IMG/VR virus record: IMGVR_UViG_3300025000_001274
Span: 1 to 54,522 of that record
Length of the DNA: 54,522 nucleotides
Direction: 5' to 3' (one strand)
Source: a virus
Lineage: Duplodnaviria; Caudoviricetes
Position 1 is the stretch's first letter; each line of letters begins with the position of its first letter. The notes beneath the pieces are model-generated. The model was not told the DNA's origin. It ran no database searches and saw only the letters and a list, made by a program, of their open reading frames with translations. Shown here one piece after another: positions 47,375 through 54,522 of this stretch. The translations under genes were made by a program, and so were the position numbers.

Positions 47375-47929
47375 ATGACAAAAAGAAGCAAGGAAGAAAT
47401 AGAAAAAGAGAAACTGGAAAATTTAGAAAAGAAAAGATTAAAACAAATTAAACAAGAAGAATTAAAAAAAGAACAAAATATAAAATCAAAAATATATAAG
47501 GAATGGTGCGAACTTTACGAATATGTAAAAAAAGATATTTTAGAATACGAACCAGATTTAAAATTGCCTAACTATGTATTACTAAGACTTAAGGGATTAT
47601 CTAAAGGTCAATTTCTTGCAAATAAAAAAATAACTCCTATGGCAAGTTATGATTTTAAAACGATTCTGTATACATTTAAACTATGCAAACAAGACATATT
47701 AATTGGATTTAGAACTAATAATACTAAATTTACTGGCGAACAACATAAATTCAATTATGCAATGGTTATTATCGAAAGCAACATTAATGACATGGTTATT
47801 AGATTGAAAAATGTAGAAACCGCAAAAAGTAAAGCAGAAAATATAGAAACAGATAATATATTTCACGAAGGAGCAGAATACAAGACAAAAACAAAAATTA
47901 TAAACAATACATTAAAAGATTTATGGTAA
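47375..47929 (+). CDS. Hypothetical replication-cluster protein (YorH-like)
   Basis: WCELYEYVKKDILEY..VLLRLKGL; between ATPase and helicase. Confidence 0.6.
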   Translation: MTKRSKEEIEKEKLENLEKKRLKQIKQEELKKEQNIKSKIYKEWCELYEYVKKDILEYEPDLKLPNYVLLRLKGLSKGQFLANKKITPMASYDFKTILYTFKLCKQDILIGFRTNNTKFTGEQHKFNYAMVIIESNINDMVIRLKNVETAKSKAENIETDNIFHEGAEYKTKTKIINNTLKDLW

Positions 47930-47933
47930 AGAG

Positions 47934-49457
47934 GTGATATCTATTACACAAGCCGTTAAAAGTAAAAGTGCAACAAATAAATTAACTCCATTCGAAGAAG
48001 AAATGTTGGCAACAGGTAAAAAGATTAGAGAATATAAAAAGGCTTGCGAGGCAAATATCGTCTCAATATTGTGGAAACAACCTGATTTATATTATACATA
48101 TGATAAACTAAAATTATCTAATTTTACAGAAAACTGTTGGAAGGTCTATTGGCAGATAGGTTATGATATAGTTATAAAAGAGAAAAAATTAGTCCTTGAC
48201 GATATTACCGTAGGATTATATCTTGAAAAACATTTAAAACTAAAGGAGCAATATGAAAAATATAAAGGTTATGAAACAATTGAAAACGCAAAAACATATG
48301 TAAAAATTGATAATCTTAGTGGATATATTAATGAACTTTACAAATGGAATGCTGTATTAGGTTTATTGAAAAAGAAACCAATATCAGAAAGAATTAAAGA
48401 TTTTGTAGATATGACATCTGAACAAATATATGACGAAGAAGAGGCAATATTGAATCATATTTTTATTAATGTTGAAGGAGAAGATATTACTCATGATATT
48501 TCTGATGGGCTAGATGAATTGATTGAAGAATTAGATCAAGGCGCAGCAGTAGGTTTACCATTATACAATTCACCTATGTTAAACAAGGAAGTCGGAGGTA
48601 ATCTTGAAGGTAATATTACTTTGGTTGGTGGTCTGAGTGGTGTGGGAAAGACAGCGTTAAGTAGAATTTTAATTCTTCCAGGAATTTTGGAACATAAAGA
48701 GAAAATAGTCATAATGATAAACGAAGAAGGGAAGAAGAAATGGCAACGTGAATTTCTTGTTTGGGTGGCTAATAATGTTTTTAAGGAAGATTTACAAAAA
48801 TATATTGTACGTGATGGTAAATATAAACCAGAGGTAAAAGAATTACTAAAAAAGTGTTCAGAATGGGTTAAGCAATATAAAAATACAATAATACTAAAAC
48901 CATTTACACAATATACTACAGCTAAAGCAATCAAAACAATAAAAAAATACTCTAGTATGGGTGTAAAATATTTCATGCTTGATACATACAAAGCAGATTC
49001 AAAAGCATCAAGCAGTGAAGCTTTTTGGTTTAGTATGCAACAGAACATGGTTGAAATTAATGATGTTATTAAACCAGAATCAAAAAATGTACATATTTGG
49101 ATTACATTCCAATTAAGTAAAGGTAGTTCAAAACAAAGATATTATGATCAAGATAATATTGGTATGGCAAAAAATATTGTAGATGTCGCGTCAACTTGTT
49201 TAATGGTTAGAAAAGTTCTTGATGATGAAATAGAAGGTGGAAAACGCGAATTAAATGTTTATAGAAAAGAAAAAAGACAAGGTAATATTGAATCTCAAAT
49301 TCCTGTAAAACTAAAAAAAGGTAAGAATTATCAAATAATATTCATTGTTAAAAATCGTGAAGGTAGCACTAATGATTATCAAATTATTGTAGAACACGAC
49401 CTTTCGCGCAACGTTTATAAAGAAATTGGATATACAGTTGTTCCAGTAGATTTTTAA
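47934..49457 (+). CDS. dnaB: DnaB-like replicative helicase
   Basis: GLSGVGKT, INEE, MLDTYK, TFQL, KNREG. Confidence 0.85.
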   Translation: MISITQAVKSKSATNKLTPFEEEMLATGKKIREYKKACEANIVSILWKQPDLYYTYDKLKLSNFTENCWKVYWQIGYDIVIKEKKLVLDDITVGLYLEKHLKLKEQYEKYKGYETIENAKTYVKIDNLSGYINELYKWNAVLGLLKKKPISERIKDFVDMTSEQIYDEEEAILNHIFINVEGEDITHDISDGLDELIEELDQGAAVGLPLYNSPMLNKEVGGNLEGNITLVGGLSGVGKTALSRILILPGILEHKEKIVIMINEEGKKKWQREFLVWVANNVFKEDLQKYIVRDGKYKPEVKELLKKCSEWVKQYKNTIILKPFTQYTTAKAIKTIKKYSSMGVKYFMLDTYKADSKASSSEAFWFSMQQNMVEINDVIKPESKNVHIWITFQLSKGSSKQRYYDQDNIGMAKNIVDVASTCLMVRKVLDDEIEGGKRELNVYRKEKRQGNIESQIPVKLKKGKNYQIIFIVKNREGSTNDYQIIVEHDLSRNVYKEIGYTVVPVDF

Positions 49458-49470
49458 AGGGGATGGTGAT

Positions 49471-50550
49471 ATGAATGCTAATGAATTAATTCAATATATT
49501 CTTGATAATGATAAGACTGTATACATACTTGAAAATTTAGGTTGCCATCATCTCAAGGAATATAGTAAAGAATATAGATGTGGATTACCATCTCATTCAA
49601 GTAAAGATGCTATATCTGTGAAAAAACAGACACTAAAAACTAAGATATATCAATCTGATAGTAATATTATTCGAGGTAATATTTTTACTTTATGTATGAA
49701 TATAAAGAATATATCTTTCTCAGATTCAAATAGATATATCCATAATTTGTTTGGTCTAGAATACAAATTTAATCATAAAAAGAAAGACGAGGTGAAATTT
49801 AATGATCCTTTAGAGATTTTCAAGAAAGTAAAAAGTAAAAGACATTCTTACGATCTAAACGATCTAGAGGTTATTAACCAAGATTGCTTAAGCGAGTACA
49901 TTCCATATATACATATAGATTGGGTGAGAATAGATGGCATTATGCCTTGGACTTCTACAGTATTTAATATAGGATATAGCGTAAACAGAAAGAGAATAGT
50001 TATTCCTCATCGTTTTTGGAGTGGAGGCAAAAATGATTATGTAGGAGTTATGGGTAGGACGGTTATTAAAGAACATGAAATGTTGGATATACCAAAATAC
50101 TTCCCATTAAAAAACTTTCCAAAAAGCATGAATATATATGGACTTCAAGAAAACTATCAAGCAATTCAAGAGGCAGGATATGTTTTGGTTTATGAAGCTG
50201 AAAAATCAGTATTAAAAAGACATAGTAGAAATGATGGTACTGGAGTGGCTATATGTTGTCATGATATATCTGATGAACAAGTAAAAATATTAATAGGTCT
50301 AAACGTGGATATAGTTATCGCTTTTGACAAGGGAATATCAATTGAGCATATAAGAAGTACGTGTGAACACTTCTATGGCGTAAGAAATATATATTACATT
50401 TATGATAAATATGATTTATTAAAAGGTAAGGAGTCTCCAGCAGATGCAGTCAATAAAATATTTGGCTATTTGTTAAAATATAAAATTTCATATGACGAAA
50501 AAGAAAGAAGGTTATATTTAAAATGGCTCGAAAAAGCAAAGAAGAATTAG
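49471..50550 (+). CDS. DNA primase (TOPRIM)
   Basis: RIVIPHR..GVMGRT..YGL..VYEAEKSVL..IAFDKG..ESPAD. Confidence 0.82.
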   Translation: MNANELIQYILDNDKTVYILENLGCHHLKEYSKEYRCGLPSHSSKDAISVKKQTLKTKIYQSDSNIIRGNIFTLCMNIKNISFSDSNRYIHNLFGLEYKFNHKKKDEVKFNDPLEIFKKVKSKRHSYDLNDLEVINQDCLSEYIPYIHIDWVRIDGIMPWTSTVFNIGYSVNRKRIVIPHRFWSGGKNDYVGVMGRTVIKEHEMLDIPKYFPLKNFPKSMNIYGLQENYQAIQEAGYVLVYEAEKSVLKRHSRNDGTGVAICCHDISDEQVKILIGLNVDIVIAFDKGISIEHIRSTCEHFYGVRNIYYIYDKYDLLKGKESPADAVNKIFGYLLKYKISYDEKERRLYLKWLEKAKKN

Positions 50551-51653
50551 AGAAATTAAAGAAAAAATATAATACAAATATGTTATGGAGTTGGTCAAGA
50601 TATAATACATACAAAAATTCTATTTACGAGTATTACCTTAAATATATAGCAAGAGTAAAAGAAGATAGAGATGATGGGATTTATGGAGTTAGTGGTAATG
50701 CGTGTCATGGAATTCTTGAAAATTTTTATTCTAAAAAAATTGAATATGAAGATATGTTACAAGAATACGAAAATGCTTTGTTTACATTTAATGCTGGAGA
50801 ATTAAAATATGATAGAACTAATGAAGAAAAAAATAGCAATATAGCAAATAAATATGAAAATTGTATTAGACATTTCTTTCAGAATCATAATATAATTAAT
50901 AAAAAAGTAGAAATAGAGAAATTTATTATTATAAAAATAGATAGATTTGTATTTCAGGGGTATATTGATTTTATACATAAGGAAGATAATTGTTTTATAA
51001 TTACAGATTGGAAGACATCAAGCATTTACTCTGGTAAAAAGATAGATAGTGAAAAGGGGCAACTAATTTTATATGCAGAAGGAATTAAGCAGTTAGGTGT
51101 TCCTTTGGAAAATATAAAAATAAGATGGAATTTCCTTAAATATGTAATCGTTGAAGTTTTGCAAGCCAATGGAAAAATAACTGAGCGAAATATTGCAAGA
51201 AACGAAATAGGTAAAAGTTTAAAATCCAATGTTAAAATGTGGTTAAGTAAAGAAAAACTATATTCAGAAGAAGAAATAAATTCGTATTTAGATTTATTAT
51301 CTATGACAAACGATATATTGTGTCTTCCAGAATCAATACAAGTTAAATATAAAATTAAAGATTGTTATGTTTATATAGATTTTACAGAAGAAGAAATAGA
51401 GAATTTAAAATTAGATATTGTCGATGCTATTATTGATATTGATAAAAAAGAAACAGAATATATAAAAACAAAAGATGAAAATGTATGGTGGGAAGAAATT
51501 ACTGATAAAAAATCTTATTTCTTTGCAAATCTAAGTGGTTATAGTAGTTTTTTACATAAGCCTTATGCTGTATATTTAGAAAAAAGAAAATCACATATAG
51601 AATCGGCAGATAGCAATGAGGATATGAGTTGGTTAGAAGGTTTAATGGATTAA
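50523..51653 (+). CDS. PD-(D/E)XK (RecB/AddB-like) exonuclease
   Basis: WSWSRYNTY..GNACHGILE..QGYIDFI..ITDWKTS..QLILYA. Confidence 0.85.
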   Translation: MARKSKEELEKLKKKYNTNMLWSWSRYNTYKNSIYEYYLKYIARVKEDRDDGIYGVSGNACHGILENFYSKKIEYEDMLQEYENALFTFNAGELKYDRTNEEKNSNIANKYENCIRHFFQNHNIINKKVEIEKFIIIKIDRFVFQGYIDFIHKEDNCFIITDWKTSSIYSGKKIDSEKGQLILYAEGIKQLGVPLENIKIRWNFLKYVIVEVLQANGKITERNIARNEIGKSLKSNVKMWLSKEKLYSEEEINSYLDLLSMTNDILCLPESIQVKYKIKDCYVYIDFTEEEIENLKLDIVDAIIDIDKKETEYIKTKDENVWWEEITDKKSYFFANLSGYSSFLHKPYAVYLEKRKSHIESADSNEDMSWLEGLMD

Positions 51654-51663
51654 GGAGGTTTTT

Positions 51664-54522
51664 ATGGAAAATTACATTAGATATCATATTCATGACGATA
51701 CGAGTAATTGTAATGGTTATTCTGATTCGTGCACTAGTTATAAAGAGTATATTAAACTTGCTAAAAAAGAAAAATGTAAAGCATTAGCGTTTTCTAACCA
51801 CGGAGGAATGTATGATTGGATAAAAAAGAAACAAGATTGTGATAAAGCAGGAATTAAATACATACATGGTATTGAATCATATATGTGTACTAAATATGAA
51901 GCAGACGAAAGAGGATATCACATAGGATTATATGCTAAGAATTATGATGGAGTATTAGAATTAAATACTTTGAATTCTAAATCTACCTCTAAGGGAAAAC
52001 TTGAGAACAAAACAGATAGGCATATGTATTATAATCCTAGAATATCGTTTGAAGACTTAATGAATACAAGCGAAAATATTATAATTACAACTGCTTGTTT
52101 AGCTTCGATGTTATGGAGAAAAAAAGATGATGAAGATGACTATGTACAGAGATTTTTAGAGTGGATGTCTAAAAATAGTCATAGGTGTTTTTTAGAAATT
52201 CAATATCACACACATGAACATCAAATAGAATATAATAAATTACTATGGGAATGGAGTAAACAGTATAATATACCGCTAATAGCTGGCACAGACACACATT
52301 CATCTTCAAAATATAAAGCAGAGTGTAGAAAAATTCTCCAAATATCAAAAGATAGTTTTTATGGAGAAGAGGACGAATTTGACCTTACGTGGAAAAGTTT
52401 TGATGAATTGGTAGAATGTTTTAGAATTCAAAATGCGTTGCCAGAAGATGTCTGGATGGAGGCTATAACCAACACAAATAAGTTTGCTGATATGATCGAA
52501 GAATTTAAATTAGATAAGTCATTTAAGTATCCTAATCTTTATGGTAATAATGCTGTAGATATTTGGAGGGAGACTATAGCAAGAAAGTTTAAACATAAAA
52601 AGAAAAATAATATCATTGATATTAATAAGATTGATGAGTATAAGAAAAAAATTAATGAAGAATTTGATGCAATGAAGAATCAAAACATGGAAAGTTTCAT
52701 GATGTTTATGTCTGAATTGGTTGATTATTGTAATGATAATGAAATACCATATGGTTTTTGTCGTGGTTCTGTAGGTGGTAGTGAAATTGCTTTTATTACA
52801 GATATTACTGACGTAGACCCTATCAGATGGAATACTGTTTTTTCAAGATTTTGTAATGCAGACAGGGTTTCTCTAGCTGATATCGACATAGATTTTGCTC
52901 CAGAAGATCGCGTTAAAGTTTATGAGTATATAATCAAAAGATTTACTCCAGAAAAAACGGCATATATATCAGCATTCTCAACATTGAGAGACAGAGGAAC
53001 AATTGATGTATTGGCTAAAGGTTTAAAATATGAAAACCTAGATATAGTAATGAATATTAAAAATGAATTTGATAAATTATTTGATGAATATTTTAAGATA
53101 ATTCAAGAAGAGGTTAATTTAGAGGAATTAGATGAAATAGATGCAAAGTCTATTGATTTTGATTATCATGAAGTTTATTGTAATAGAATTAGAAATAATA
53201 AATCATTAACAAGAGCAAATAATTTAAAGAAAGAATTTCAAAATCTTAAAGACAATAATAAAGATTTATTTTATTATTTTGATGGTTTAAAAGGAACTAT
53301 TATAGCAAAAGGTACTCATCCAGCAGGTATAATAGGTTCCCCAATTACGCTTGCAGATAATTTAGGAGTTTACTATAAAGATGGTGATGAGTCCCATCCA
53401 GTATCAATATGTTCTATGAAAGCAGTAGATTCGGTAAACTTTGTAAAATTCGATATATTAGGATTAAAAACCGTTGGAATAATGAAAGATGTGTATAAAT
53501 CAATAGGTTCTCATTATCTTAAAGCTCATGAAATTGATTGGAATGATAATAAAGTTTGGGATAATATGATTACTTCAAATGTGGGAGTTTTTCAATTTGA
53601 AGGAGACTATGCCTTTTCACTACTTAAAGATTTTAAGCCTAGATTTATTAATGATATGTCTTTAGTAAATGCTGCACTACGTCCATCAGGTAAATCATAT
53701 AGAGATAGATTGATTAAAAAAGAAATTAATGTAAATCCATCAAAGCAATTAGATGATTTGCTGAAAGATAATTATGGATATTTAGTATATCAAGAAGATA
53801 CTATTAAATTTCTAACAGATATTTGTGGTTTTAGTGGTGCTACTGCAGATTCCACCAGAAGGGCTATTGGAAAAAAATTACATGCCGAACTACAAGAGCA
53901 ATTGCCTAAAATACTTGATGGATATTGTGCAAAATCTGATAAATCAAGAGAATCAGCAGAAGAAGAGGCAAAACAATTTCTTCAAATAATCGACGACAGC
54001 TCGGAATATCAATTTGGATATAATCATTCCACTGGTTACAGTATGAATGGATACGCAGAGACTAGATTAAGGACTTATTACCCATTGGAATTTGCTACGG
54101 CTTACCTAGACAGATCAGAAAATAAAGAAGATACAAATAGAGGCGTATCGTTAGCTAATCAATTGAATGCAAAAATTAATCCTATTTTATTTGGTAAATC
54201 AATAGCAAAATACACATTTGATAAAAAAGAAAATAGCATCTATAAAGGTATTTCTTCAATTAAATTTCTTAACGAACAAGTACCAAATGAATTATATGCT
54301 TTAGCACAACAAAAAAAATATACAGATTTTATTGAGTTATTAAGTGATATAAAAAATACATCAGTAAATTCTCGTCAACTTAAAATATTAACTGGACTAA
54401 ATTTCTTTAGATGTTTTGGAAAAAATAAAAAACTTCTTCAAATTATAGAACTATATGATAAGTTCGCTTATTCCAAACAAATTAATTTTAAAGATATAGA
54501 AAAACTTAAAATTAATGAAGAT
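51664..54522 (+). CDS. dnaE: DNA polymerase III alpha subunit (C-family), runs off the window end; absent from ORF track
   Basis: RBS AAGGAGG; PHP motifs YHIH, FSNHG, GIESY, GTDTH; RGSVGGS..DVDP..FSRF..ADIDIDF; HPAG; VKFDILGL; GVFQFE; VYQED. Confidence 0.95.
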   Translation, partial: MENYIRYHIHDDTSNCNGYSDSCTSYKEYIKLAKKEKCKALAFSNHGGMYDWIKKKQDCDKAGIKYIHGIESYMCTKYEADERGYHIGLYAKNYDGVLELNTLNSKSTSKGKLENKTDRHMYYNPRISFEDLMNTSENIIITTACLASMLWRKKDDEDDYVQRFLEWMSKNSHRCFLEIQYHTHEHQIEYNKLLWEWSKQYNIPLIAGTDTHSSSKYKAECRKILQISKDSFYGEEDEFDLTWKSFDELVECFRIQNALPEDVWMEAITNTNKFADMIEEFKLDKSFKYPNLYGNNAVDIWRETIARKFKHKKKNNIIDINKIDEYKKKINEEFDAMKNQNMESFMMFMSELVDYCNDNEIPYGFCRGSVGGSEIAFITDITDVDPIRWNTVFSRFCNADRVSLADIDIDFAPEDRVKVYEYIIKRFTPEKTAYISAFSTLRDRGTIDVLAKGLKYENLDIVMNIKNEFDKLFDEYFKIIQEEVNLEELDEIDAKSIDFDYHEVYCNRIRNNKSLTRANNLKKEFQNLKDNNKDLFYYFDGLKGTIIAKGTHPAGIIGSPITLADNLGVYYKDGDESHPVSICSMKAVDSVNFVKFDILGLKTVGIMKDVYKSIGSHYLKAHEIDWNDNKVWDNMITSNVGVFQFEGDYAFSLLKDFKPRFINDMSLVNAALRPSGKSYRDRLIKKEINVNPSKQLDDLLKDNYGYLVYQEDTIKFLTDICGFSGATADSTRRAIGKKLHAELQEQLPKILDGYCAKSDKSRESAEEEAKQFLQIIDDSSEYQFGYNHSTGYSMNGYAETRLRTYYPLEFATAYLDRSENKEDTNRGVSLANQLNAKINPILFGKSIAKYTFDKKENSIYKGISSIKFLNEQVPNELYALAQQKKYTDFIELLSDIKNTSVNSRQLKILTGLNFFRCFGKNKKLLQIIELYDKFAYSKQINFKDIEKLKINED

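Noticed and set aside
50523-51653. Cas4
   Set aside because: Lacks the four-Cys Fe-S cluster pattern and CRISPR context; sits in the replication operon.
1000-51693. Minus-strand and alternative-frame ORFs in the track (e.g. 12764-13075, 35624-36193, 46742-47167, 48536-49048, 38683-39021)
   Set aside because: They overlap well-supported + strand genes, lack RBSs and recognisable motifs, and look like shadow ORFs.
1-54522. tRNA/rRNA genes, virion structural genes, reverse transcriptase/DGR
   Set aside because: None recognised by eye; tRNAscan or Infernal would be needed to exclude small RNAs formally.

Overview
This AT-rich window is almost entirely + strand coding and looks like part of a large SPbeta-like temperate phage or prophage of a low-GC Firmicute (a clostridial host is likely but inferred). 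It has three zones. (1) About 0.9-13 kb is a regulatory island: an orphan MazF/PemK toxin, AgrB, a DUF5317-like membrane protein, two paralogous kinase-less polytopic membrane proteins, a 34-aa AgrD-like propeptide missing from the ORF track (5271-5375), an HTH-MazF fusion, and a DGQHR-family protein paired with a catalytically degenerate tyrosine recombinase, as in the SPbeta YopQ/YopR(MrpR) repressor module. (2) About 13-44 kb is an accessory region of many small ORFs plus an intein-containing ATP-dependent DNA ligase, macrodomain, PARP, DHH, SLOG/DprA, MTase, SF2 helicase, MazG, vWA and an orphan TnpB. Many gene boundaries carry a recurring TRAAW-N6/7-TTTYA palindrome, and three copies have an upstream CAAGGGTT-type element exactly 20 nt away. 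(3) About 44-54.5 kb is an SPbeta yorF-yorL-like replication operon ending in a DnaE cut off by the window edge. Several genes are frameshifted or carry nonsense codons. The best candidates for undescribed systems are an agr-type cyclic-peptide communication module coupled to phage-encoded MazF and an SPbeta-type repressor (a possible arbitrium replacement), and a recombination-site-like repeat array delimiting accessory gene cassettes. All family assignments come from motifs recognised by eye; no database searches were run.
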